A stretch of 64,000 nt of DNA from Gekko japonicus. Lineage: Eukaryota. A model generated the notes under the pieces. The model ran no database searches and had not been told where the DNA came from. It was given only the letters and a program-made list of their open reading frames with translations. Location: contig NW_015165859.1 of NCBI RefSeq assembly GCF_001447785.1, positions 328,664 through 392,663 on the forward strand, read 5' to 3'. The number at the start of each line of letters is the position of its first letter. The first letter of the stretch is position 1. A program made the translations under genes and the position numbers. Positions 49,189-60,836 of this stretch are shown piece after piece.

Positions 49189-50684
49189 CTTCCCTCAGCT
49201 AGAGATGTGGGGGGGAGGGGAGGGGGAGAGATCCCCACCCAAATCTCCACCCCAGGAATTGTTTCTGTTTTTTCAAAGGAAAAATTGCAAAATTTGGGAG
49301 AGCACTGGGGGGAAACCTCCAATGAAATAGTGTAGAGTGTCGAAGTTTATAGCTCTTACTTTAGCACTGGGTGTATTTTCAATTTTTGCTTATAGAAAAC
49401 TAAGGCATTTATAACTTTAAATTCTATAAATACCTCAATACATACAATTTTATGCTATCTTATTTATACATTTTGCATTTTATGGTGTTAAAAGCAGCAA
49501 AAGAGGCTTAGGTTTGATATGAAAGTATTGCAGAAATCAAAATTGCCCTTTGGGGGGGGGGATGCTTTTCCCCTTTGTCTTCAAAATTTGCAGCTCTCTA
49601 GCTCCAGCTAACAATGATTGGGAATGGATTGTAATTCAGTCTTTGACTTCAGCTGACCAATGCATTTATGATGTCTCGTAATACAGAATGTACTCACTCT
49701 TCTTTATATATCTCATCTCCCAAAACAGTGTCTCCCCCATACTGGACCCATATTAAATCACACACACACCTTTACTGTCTACTATATGCATCAGATCAAC
49801 GAGGTTCTTGCCCCAAACAGATTGTCATGTCATAACAAATTGGTTTTATCTTTCAGGTACCACAAGATTCCTTGCTGTCAATAAGCCACTAACAGACACT
49901 CTTCCAGAACTCAAGAGAGAGTGACTCAAGATTCTGTTACAGAGTGCATTTACACAACACTAGCAGAACAGCATCACACGCACACACACTTTAACTAATT
50001 AAAACTCAGTAGGCTTCATTGAACATCCCCATTGAACAACCATATCTGCTGCAGTGTCCAGATCAGGTCTCCAAGGGCCATTCCCTAACACTTCCTCCAA
50101 TCCATTTCTAAGCGATAAAAATAGATCAATGAATTTTTGCCCCTGTAGGGCATTCAGTCCATGAGAGTGACCTAGTCTGCCCTTTGATTCTTTTTTTCTT
50201 TTCTTCCTTAGTTCCACAACAGTTTCACCTATGCTGTTCACACACTAATTTTGCAAAACAGAAAAACTTGCAGGCCAAAAAAATAATAATCCAAATTGTA
50301 TCTAAACTTTGTTACCTATACAACTCAAATATTAGAGCCTAAATTAACATTTAAACCTCTCTCTATGATCATTGCAACTCTGCTCTTAGGAAAACGTTAC
50401 TGTCAATGTTCGGCTGGTCTCCCGATGGTTATCCTTGGGCCGCCACAGCGTAGGCCCAGAGGTACCTTCCCTAGTACTGGCACGCCGGGTAACGAAGGGG
50501 TGAAAAGGGCCAGGAACAGGGAGATAAGGAGAGGGAGTCGCCTCAGACACAGAATAAGCAGCAAGAAAGGGGGGGGAGTTCCGTCACTCCCTACCCCCAC
50601 TCAGACACCTTCCAAACACCCTCTCTGTGGTCCTCTCTTGGTCCACCGCCACTGCTCTGCTTCTCCTCATCGGCTGGCTCCCCT

Positions 50685-51446
50685 TGTCACGGCTCCTGCT
50701 GACTACAAGCAAACGGCTCCCACTGAGTGCGAACAAGCGGCCCCAGCAGAGGATCTAAGTGCTGCTGGGGATGAGCTCTCAGTGCCAGAAACTCCTGCAC
50801 CTGACAGGGCTGAGATTCTAGAGACTACCCCAGCATCAGCTCAGGCAGAAGCATGCCCAGACAGTTCTCCTCTTGATTCGCCTCCACCGGTATCCCGCTT
50901 GAGAGAACAGTGCCGACAGGATATGACAGCCAGGCGGCAAGAGATACACATGCGTGGCAGGCGCTCATTCAGCCCCGAGTATTAGCAGGAGCCAGGACTC
51001 GCTTGAGGCACGCTAATTGCAAGCAGGCTTATGGGCTATTTAACCCACGCCCTCACACCGACAAGACAAATTGTGCCAGCAACTAGTCTCTTCGGACGAG
51101 GTTCTGCACCTCCTCGCTCGTGATCCTAACTCCTGGTTCCTGTCTGGATTTCCTCGTCTCCTTGATCTCGACTTGAACAACTATGCTTTGACTCTGCACC
51201 CGAACTTTTGACTCTCTGGCTCTTGACTCTTTTGGACGCTGGTTTCCTGATGACTCTAACGGTTTGTGCTTTGAACTTGGTTTCCCGGTTGGTTTGCTTG
51301 CCTGGCTCTTGACTTTGGACTGTACCTTGACCACCCCACTCTTGCTTTGTGTATTGGACTTGTTTTCCGGCTAACTGGTGTGACTGGCTCTTGACCTCGG
51401 ACTGTATCCTGACTGCCTCGCCCCTGCCTAGCCCTGCATTGTGACA
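50685..51446 (+). mobile_element. Solo LTR (Gypsy-like), 762 bp
   Basis: TGTCAC...GTGACA termini; 5-bp TSD CCCCT; TATTTAA at about 51037; arrays of TGACT/TGGACT units. Confidence 0.85.
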
Positions 51447-52454
51447 CCCCTCTCCTTATATGCTACCGGCCTGCTAGCCCCTCCCCTCTCCCCATGGAGG
51501 CGCTGAGGCCTGCTTGCTTCCGGACGTGGTGCCCAACGTGAGCCCTGACGCTGCCTCCGTGCCAACCCGCCCGGTGCCAGCGCCTCCGCCCCGCTGCCCC
51601 CAGGTTCCCTTGACTGACTGCAGGCGCTCTCCCCATGGCAGCAGCCAAGCATGCCCGACCACATCACCACCAGTGTCCACTTGCCCTGTGGTAGTCTGCA
51701 AGCCTGCCGACCCTGCCACTGCCAGGTGCTCCCCGTCATCGCCAGTCGCTGTCGCTGTGAGCCGGGGCTCCATGGGGGGCTTTCCCCCCATGCCCTTCTC
51801 TCTCTCCTGTTCTGGACCAGGACACAGCCAAGATCCCTAGACAGAAATTCTTTAACTTTCCCCCCAGTTATTAGGAGGCAAAGCTCACTGTGCTAGTTTG
51901 TAACATCTTAGTTACCTACTTTCTGACAGCAGTAAGGAGATGAGACTGGAAGCAGCTGACTTTGGTATGGGCATCTGCAAGATGCTAAACAGAGCAGATG
52001 CGTGATATTCCATGTTTCAAAAATGATTGGTATTTATGTTATATGTTTATATGTTTTTGGAAGGCTTTTTTAACTGTATTTTTATGATATGTTTGTAAGC
52101 TGCCCTGAGCCCACCTTGGCGGGGAGGGCAGGGTATAAATTGAATAAAAATAAATAAATATATTTCTATTATATTTCATTTCTATTGTATCTATTATTGT
52201 AGCCTATGGAGAAACAAAGAAATCTGGGGAACCAATATTGTGCAGGGATGGACTAGGCTTTGAGAGATCCAAGTCTGCACATCCAGTTCTGCCAGGGAAG
52301 CTCTTTGGACCAGTCATTCTTTCTCAGCCTAATCAACTTCATAGGGTTATTGTTGTGAGGATAGCATGGAGGACAGCAGAGCGATGCTGCAGTTTTGGGT
52401 CCCCATTGGGGAGAAAAGTGGTATATTAAATATCTTACACAAAATAAACAAAAA

Positions 52455-53430
52455 CTAGACATTGGGAAAGACCATCTGGAGATTTGGAGTAAGGTGCTAT
52501 CGATATGGGGATGACATCCAGCTCTAGTTTTCCTGTGCTGATCAGGTCTGTGGAAGTCCTCAACAGACACCTGGAGAAGATAACAGGATGGATGAGGACC
52601 AATAAACTAAAGCTCAATCCGGATAAGACTGGGGGTACTGGTGGTCCATAACAAAGCTACTCATCGATTGAGGAGTCAACCTGTCCTGGAAGGGGTTGCA
52701 TTCCCCTGAAGGAACCGGTCTATAACTTAAGGGTACTGCTGGATCCTGGCCCATGTTCAGAGGCTCAGGTCTCTTTAGTCAGCGCCAGAAATTTCAAGTG
52801 GTTCAAAACATTGCTGTGGGCTGGATACAGGGATAATATTGCCCCTGTGCTGAAAGATCGGCAGTAGCAGCCCTTCTGTTTCCAGGCGTAATATGAAGTA
52901 CATGTGTTCTCCATTAAAGCTGGAAATGGGCATGAACCTCAAAATTTCTGTTCATTTCTGCTTGTGGCCAAACCATGAACCAAACATGAACCAACATGAA
53001 CTGGGAGGTTGGTTCATAACAGTTCATGACCCCTGCTTTTGGCAGGGAGCAGAAAGCAGGGAGGTTACATGGTCAGAGCCATTTAAACCCCTACTTTCTG
53101 CTCTTCGTGAAGTGCCATGAATTGCCTTAAAATGTATGGAAGTTCGTGGCAGCTCTTCAGTTTGCAAACTTCAGTTCATGAACCACAAAACAGCCAAAAA
53201 GTCTCATGAACTTACATTCGTAAGCTGTTTTGTGCCCATCCCTAATTAAAGCTCTAAATAGTTTGCAACCAGAGTACTTGTAGGTCCATCTCTACCTTTT
53301 TTATCCACCCTACCAGTTTAGATCTTTTCCTGAAGCCCTGCTCTCAGTGCCCCTTCCTGCAGGGCTACTTGCCACGTGAGCCCCTAAACAGGGTTTTTTC
53401 AGTGGTGGCTTCTCACCTTTGGAATGCACA
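52455..53430 (+). mobile_element. Old L2 LINE fragments interrupted by a DNA transposon
   Basis: GDDIQL, WMRTNKLKLNPDKT, NLRVLLDP remnants. Confidence 0.6.
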
Positions 53431-53894
53431 GGGGTCATTTCGTAGAAAAAGAGCTAGGGGGACTCATTAGCATAACTCATTAGCATATGCCACACCCCCT
53501 GACATCACCGGAAGTGTGTCCTCCCCACAGCCGGCGGCGACCTCCAGCAGGCACCAGCAGGGAGCTCCAGGCCCCGCCCTCCCGCACCTCACCCGGGGGG
53601 ATGGCGTCCCCCCGCATCCCCCCCCCCGAATGCACCTGTCTAGAGGCTCACTTGGCAAGTAGCTTGCATGACTTTAGGTGCCAGGAGAAAACATTCTTTT
53701 TTACCCAGGCTTTTAACTGAGGGGCTTTATGATCTGCTTCTGGCCTGAGGATTATTCTATCAGCACCATTTTAGGCATGTTTTAATGGCTTTGGTTTATT
53801 TTTAGCAGCTTTGTTTTGTTTTCTAATGACTGCATTTGTATGAGTTTGTTTTACTGTTTTAGTTGTAAACTCCTTCAGATAGGTCTCTGGAGAA

Positions 53895-54815
53895 CTGATT
53901 GATTGAGTGATTTGATTTATTAGACTTCTATCCCACCCTCCAAGCCGAAGCCAGCTCAGGGCGACTTATAATACACATAAAATAGAATTAAGAACAACAT
54001 GTAACAATTAAACAATGCTAAAACCATAATATAATAAAGTGCTAGTAGCATAATTTTGTAATTTCACAGTGGTAGTTGTTACACAGTTCACAGTCAACCC
54101 TCTAGTCTTCTTAGGCTGTCTTAGGCGGCTGGCTCAGACTATATTTAAAGATCCGGGGGGGGGGGGGGAGCTATCCAATCCAATCTGTTTGTCGCTAATG
54201 GTGGGGGCAGCTCCAAAAGCCTGGTGGAAGAGCTCCATTTTACAGGCCCTGCAGAACTGTAAAAGGTCCTGCAGGGCCCTGATCTCTTCTGGGAGCTCAT
54301 TCCACTAGAGTGGAGCCACCACTGAGAAAGTCCTGGCTCTGGTTGTTACTAATCTGGCCTCCTTGAGACTCGGAACGGCCAGCCAGTTCTGAACCCCTGC
54401 TCGCAGTGTTCTTTGGGGTATATGTGGGGAAAGGCAGTCCCTCAGGTAAATCAGGTCCCTGGCCCTAAAGAGCTTTAAAGGTGACAACCAGCACCTTGAA
54501 TGAATCTGGTATTCTATAGGCAGCCAGTGCAATGCCTTTAGCACAGGCTGGATGTGCTCCCAAATATTGAGTCCCATCAATAGCCTGGTCGCGGCATTTT
54601 GCACCAGCTGCAGCTTCCAGATTTGAGACAAGGGCAGCCCCATGTAGAGGGCATTACAGTAATCTAATCGTGAGGTGACCATCGCGTGGATCACTGTTGC
54701 CAAATCGTTGCATTCGAGAAAGGGAACCAACTGCCTGATCAACCATAGATGGTAAAAGGCTGATTTGGCAGTGGCTGCTACCTGAGCCTCCATTGTTAAG
54801 GAGGCGTCTAGGAGT
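53895..54815 (-). mobile_element. L2 LINE 3' portion
   Basis: LTMEAQVAATAKSAFYHL..IHAMVTSRLDYCNALYMGLP..KLQLVQNAATRLL..LHWLPI; 3' stem-loop and short-repeat tail. Confidence 0.88.
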
Positions 54816-54819
54816 CCGG

Positions 54820-57800
54820 TTCTGGGCTCGTTGACAGTGGGTGTGAGTTCAAGCTTCTCTGCTTTGATACTCTCAAACGCTGTTCCTCCAGACCCTCCCA
54901 CGGTGGTTTTTTCACCCCAGCACCGATGAATTCTCTTGAAGGGAGAATCCAGGCAGGGAGCTTACTCTGGTGACAGAAGATGAGCGGCGGCTCACCTCAA
55001 CTATCGGGGAAGAGAGCTCCAAGGTGGGAGACTGGTTAGGATGCTTGTCTGATTTCGCTGAGCTCAAGACCAGCACAGAGGACCTATGAAAGTGAACAAG
55101 CAGATATGCTCTTGACCAGCCAAAGATAAATATTGACTTTTGAAGGTAAGAGCTAGAAAATACTCCTATCTTTAAAGGACCGCCCTTTAAATCCAATGTA
55201 CTGAGCTATAGTGGGGTATTCCCCTTTAAGGTGGCTACGAAAAGTGACTCAAGGAAGCGACAAAAGTTGGAACTGGATTAAAGATTTGAAGGGGGTCTGA
55301 GAGGTCTTAGAAGAGCCAAATTCTGATGAAAGAGAGTACTTTTCCTTCCTACCTTTTGTCTCTTTGTGTTTCTGAGACTCATTGTGTTTTGTTTCTGTGC
55401 GGTGACTAGCGAAAAGAGGAGAGGAGAGACGACATTGCGGCATGATGAGGATTCAGCTGAAACTTCTGGAACTCATCCGATGAGCCAAAACTACTACAAA
55501 ACTGTGGATTTTCAGGAATAGTGGAACATGGAGTCTCCCCCCTCCCCGTTTTTTCCTTTTTTGTTTTGTTTGATGCAAAGGGAATTGCTAGGGAATTGTT
55601 AGATTAGAAACAAAAAGGAGTGAAGGGTTATAGAAATAGAAAGGGTACTAGATAAGATTGTAGTTTAATTGATAGACTAGTAGATAGAGTAGATAAGAAT
55701 AGGCAAGCATAGGCAGGGAAAATAGGTAGGTAGAATAAGGTGAGGTATATGGCCTCTTTGATTTAGTGGAACTACTGGGGTGAGGAAACCCTCCCTCACT
55801 TCTCCAGGACAAACAGTCCAATTGAAAACAGTAACAATGACCTTTGCACAAATGAAGAAGAAGAAGAAGAAGAGATTGGATTTATATCCTGCTCTTCACT
55901 TGGAGTCTCAGAGCGGCTTACAAACTCCTTTCCCTTCCCCTCCCCACAACAGACACCCTGTGAGGTGGGTGGGGCTGAGAGAACTCTGACACAAACTGCT
56001 CTTTTCAAGGACAGCTGTGCCAGAGCTTGTGACTGACCCAAGGTCACATCAGCAGGTGCAAGTGGAGGAGTGGGAAATCAAACCCGGTTCTCCCAGATGA
56101 GAGTCCACCCACTTAACCACTACACCAAACTGAATATGAAAGATCTGAAAAATCTTATTCAAGAAAGTGTGGCACAAGCAATGAAAGTGACAATCGAAAC
56201 AACCTTTTAGTCACTAGTCAAGAAAGAAATTGAGCCATTACAAACAAAAATGGATGCATTAACACAGCAGATTTCAAAGGAAACAGATGAGATTAAAAAA
56301 CAAATCATAGAAAATAAACAAAAAATATTGAAAATTACTGTCTCTAATATGAAATACAAGAACTAAAATTAAAAAATTACAAGATGGAAGAAACAGTGAT
56401 AAATCTAGATATGGATAAAGCAACTCTAGTTTTAAGATTTCAGAATGTACCAGAAATTATAGAGAAATTTAAAAGAAGAGATGATACAAAATATAACTGA
56501 ACAATTGAAAATAGGTACAGAGGAGGAGGTAACAGAGGAGATCGAGGCAGTCTATAGAAGAAACTCTGCCCATGCGAGACATAATAAAATCCCAAGAGAA
56601 GTTCACATAAAATTTAATAGGAGAATTATGTGAGACAAGATCTTGAAGACAGCCAGCGAAACAACTATGACTATACAAACAAGAGGCTGAAATTAGGATT
56701 CTTAAAGAAGTACTGTGGTGAATTAGAGAAAAATGCCAGAACTATGCAATTCTAGCAAACTTACCAAGAGCCAATAAAATAACATACAGATGGCTAATAC
56801 CAGAGGGGATGTTATTTTCATATGAAGGCAGAAGGCAAAAAATTGACTCTATATTTAATCTATATATATACCCTAACCCTAACTATGTTTAAAATAGAGG
56901 ATTTCCTGGATAGACATGGGAGAGACCTTGGATTTCAAGAAGAAGAGTTTAGTGAGATGGAAAAAGAAAATCAAGAACAAGAAACAGAGAGAATTAAAAA
57001 CAAACAAGAAAGAAGGGGAAGAATGAGAACAGGAAGTATTCATCTTCGGATAACTACAAGTTACCAACAGAGGAATAGGACAAGAGAGAATAAGAATAAA
57101 GAATATGGAGAGTAAGAAAATGAAAATTCTCTCAATAAACGTAAATGGACTTAATGGTCCACAAAAGAGAAAAAGAATCTTCCACCAAATTAAAAAACTG
57201 CATACACATATAACATGTCTCCAGGAGACCCACATTAAAAAGGACGATGTAAAGTATTTATCATGTAAAAATTTAGGGAAACATTTTGTAGCAGCGGATA
57301 GTAAAAATAAAAGAGTGGTTATATACGTGAAAGAATACCTGCATCCTGAACTAATATATGTCTGAAGATGGTAGAATATTGATCATAACAATTCAGAGAC
57401 AAACAAAAAGGACATTAATAGCAAATATATGTGCGCCAAATCAAAATCAGGATAGTTTTTATGCTTCTTTACGAGAAAAAATTTCGACACAAAGGTTTAT
57501 ACAACTATGTATAATAGGAGACTATAATGCAGTTTTTGATCAAAAAATGGACAGGAAAACACAAACAAACAAACAAACAGAAAACAGGAAATTTACTATC
57601 AAAATTTTTTCTTCAAATAGCAGAGGAATTTAATATTATTGATTCATGGAGAGTTAGAAACACAGATACAAGAAATTTCACATATTACTCCGCAAGACAT
57701 CGATTGTGGTCCAGAATTGGTATGGCATGGATTTCAGCGACCATGGTGAATGATCTTTTAGAAATGGAAATATTACCAAATACCTTTGCAGACCATAATC

Positions 57801-59490
57801 CTTTGGTTCTGACTCTGCAGGATGATCAAAGAAAGAATAGATGAACTATGAATACCTGGCTATTAAAAGATGATAAATTTATAAGTAAAATCAAAATCAA
57901 AATTCAAGATGTTTTCAAATGGAATATTCAACCTGAGACACTGATTGAGATAGTCTGGGATAAATTTAAAACATATATGCATGGTTGGTTCATTAACTAT
58001 GAAGCTTGGAAGAAAAAAACAAAAAAAAATGCAGTATGAAAATTTGAGAAAACAAATCCAAAAAGAGGAAGATAAAATGAAAAGAAATTTTGACACGGAA
58101 GAAGTGAAAATTAACATAAAAATTTTGCAACACCAATTGAATATGTTGTTGATGCAGGAATTAGAGAGAAAATTAGAATTTACTAAGCAATATCTATATA
58201 CTAATAGCGAAAGTCGCCCCCTGCGTGCGGATATCTAAATCCGCACATCGGGGGCACCTGGGGGGCAGGCAGATTTTCCTGCACACTTGGGGCAGTCCCC
58301 AGCTGTGCACAAAAATCTGAAAAGTGTAAAAAAATATCGGGGGGATATTTAAATCCCCCCAAAAGTAAAAGAGCATCCCCTGCGCATGCGCAGGGTACAC
58401 TCTGCGAACTGCCTTGCTTTGGAGTGGGGGGGATGGGGGAGAGACCAGCGAGGCCCGGTGGCTGCAAGCCACAGGCCTCACTTTGGAGGCGAGGGGGGGA
58501 GAGACTGGCAAGGCCCGGCGGCTGCAAGCCACGCGGGCCTCGCTTTGGAGCCGGGGGGAGAGAGAGAGACTGGTGGTTTTCGCGGGTCCCCTTTCTTGTT
58601 ACTTCAATAATGTGAATAAACCCACCAGATGGTTGACATATAAGTTAAGAAAAGAAGGAGAAAAACAATATATAAAATCATTAAAAGATGATATAAGAGA
58701 GTATATTCAAAAGTGGAACACCAAGAAATTTGATGAAAAGCAGAAAGCGATACTAAATGAACCAATCATGTTCTGTGAGATAACTGAATCTATTAAAAAG
58801 CTAAAGAAGAAGAAAACACCCGGGCCAGATGGTCTCCCTGCAGAAGAATAACAATTCTTTGAAGAACAAATAATCTTCCCATTAAAATCTGTAATTCAGA
58901 ATATAGCTCAAAGAATCAAACTTTAACTACATTGATTTACAAACAAGAAACAGATGAATAACAAATTAGCAATTATAGACCCATTTCATTACTAAATGTA
59001 GACTACAAAATATTTGCAAGTATACTAGCCACTAGGTTAAAAAGAGTATTGATTCAAGTGATTCATCAAGACCAAGTGGGATTTCTGCCGAAACGTCAAA
59101 TTAAAAATAATGTACAAACTATTATTAATTTTTTGGAATATTATGAGATACATTCTGAGAAACAAATGACCTTAGTCTTCCTTGACACTGAAAAGGCTTT
59201 TGATAATGTAGACTGGGAATTTCTGTTACAAAAATTATCAGTATGGGACTGTGGCACTCAATTCCTCACTATTATTAGAGCCATATATGGCAAACAAATG
59301 GCCAGGATTCTTTTGAATGGAGATCTTACCCAACCTATTGATCCCCTTTGTCCCCTTTACTTTTTATTTTCATTTTGGAAATTCTAAACAACTTGGTAGG
59401 AGAAGATGACAAGATATGAGGTCTTAAAGTTAAAGGGGAAGAATTCAAATTACAAGCTTTCACCGATGATTTAATTTTTATTTTAGAAGT
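54820..59490 (+). mobile_element. Decayed L1 (ORF1, endonuclease, RT up to FTDD), antisense in LIN28A intron 2; hosts a SINE and a Helitron-like element
   Basis: SINVNGLNGPQKR, CLQETH, GDYN, ADHNP, KTPGPDGL, YRPISLLNVDYK, DQVGFLPKR, LDTEKAFD, AFTDD; many stops and frameshifts; 5' boundary approximate. Confidence 0.88.
58193..58598 (+). mobile_element. Non-autonomous Helitron-like element inserted in L1 ORF2
   Basis: TCTATATA...CGCGGGTCCCCTTTCTTG; removing it restores the L1 codons AAG CAA TA|T TAC TTC with no TSD. Confidence 0.78.
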
Positions 59491-60165
59491 CCTAACCTCC
59501 GGTACTGGCACCAATGGCACCCCATCGACATATTTAGTTATTTATATTTATGTTCTTTGTAGTCCATCTTTCTCACAGACTCAATGTGGATTACATACTA
59601 TAAATAAATATAGTCAACAGGATGGGATTTACAATAAGCAGTAGTATTAGGACGGCAGAAATCTGAAATCAAACAAATCTAAAACAAAACTAAAACAAAG
59701 CATATTTTCTTCTAAATAATTAGAATGGAACGCAGCTAGGAACCAACTCATCAAGGAAGCAGCTGCCATGATTGCAACAAGCATCATGTACAGTTTGGCA
59801 GATCTGAATTAGTCTAGGCTTTATGCACACATTAGAGTCAATTGCAATGCAGTCCCTAGAGTTACACTGTTCTGACACTGTTCCCATTATTCCAATCGAG
59901 TTTGCACACACACAAAACACTTCCTAGAGGTTCCTGCCCCTTGTGATTCAATTCTCAATACTATGTAATCTGACTGAAACAGGTAATCTCTGTATATAAC
60001 TGGGAACATTCATTACGGAGTGCAGTTCTTAGCAAGATCATCTTCCAGCCGTAGGAAGAAAGTCCTCACATACCATAAATGTAGCATAACTATTTGTTTT
60101 CAGATACACTATAAACTTTTTTGGACTACCTTGTTGGTGTAACTGCACAGGCTTTCAAGTTACAG

Positions 60166-60384
60166 TAGGGTTGCCAGCCTTCAGGTGGGGCCAGGAGATC
60201 TCCCGCTTTTACAACTAAATCTCCAGCTGACAAAGAGCAGTTCCCCTGGAGAAAATGGCTGCTTTGAAGGGCGGACTCTATGGCATTATACCCCATTGAG
60301 GTCCCTCTCTCCCCAAATTCCTCCCTCTCCCAGATCCACCCCCAAAGTCTTCAGGTATTTTCTAACCCAGACCTGGCAACCCTA
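60166..60384 (+). mobile_element. hAT MITE (TAGGGTTGCCA family)
   Basis: TAGGGTTGCCAG / CTGGCAACCCTA. Confidence 0.8.
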
Positions 60385-60481
60385 TCATCATCATCACCAT
60401 CATCATCAATGTGGATGGAAAAAATCACCACCATATTTCAAAGCCAGCATGGTCTAGTGGTTAGAGACTAGGATCAATGAG

Positions 60482-60836
60482 TAAAGGTAAAGGTAAAGGT
60501 TCCCTTGCTCGAAAGCCAGTCGAATCCGACTCTAGGGTTGCGGTGCTCATCTCCGTTACAAAGCCGAAGAGCCAGCGCTGTCCGAAGACGTTTCCGTGGT
60601 CATGTGGCCGGCATGACTAAACACCAAGGCGCCCGGAACGCTGTTACCTTCCCACCGAAGTGGTCCCTATTTATCTACTTGCAATTTCTTGCTTTCGAAC
60701 TGCTAGGTTGGCAGGAGCTGGAACTAGAGACAGGAGCTCACCCTGTCTTGCGGCACCCGGGTCTTGAACCACTGAACTACTGACCTTCCACAGCCTGCAG
60801 TTCAGCGTCTTAACCACTTGAGCCACCGCAGCTCCA
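60482..60836 (-). mobile_element. Sauria SINE nested in an older tRNA SINE
   Basis: Near-identical to 2269-2618; 13-bp TSD TAGGATCAATGAG. Confidence 0.92.

Noticed and set aside
50296-50985. 229-aa ORF as a gene
   Set aside because: Crosses a repeat/solo-LTR junction; no recognisable domain
51130-51420. CRISPR-like or otherwise functional repeat array
   Set aside because: Degenerate short TGACT repeats inside an LTR in a vertebrate genome; no repeat-spacer structure
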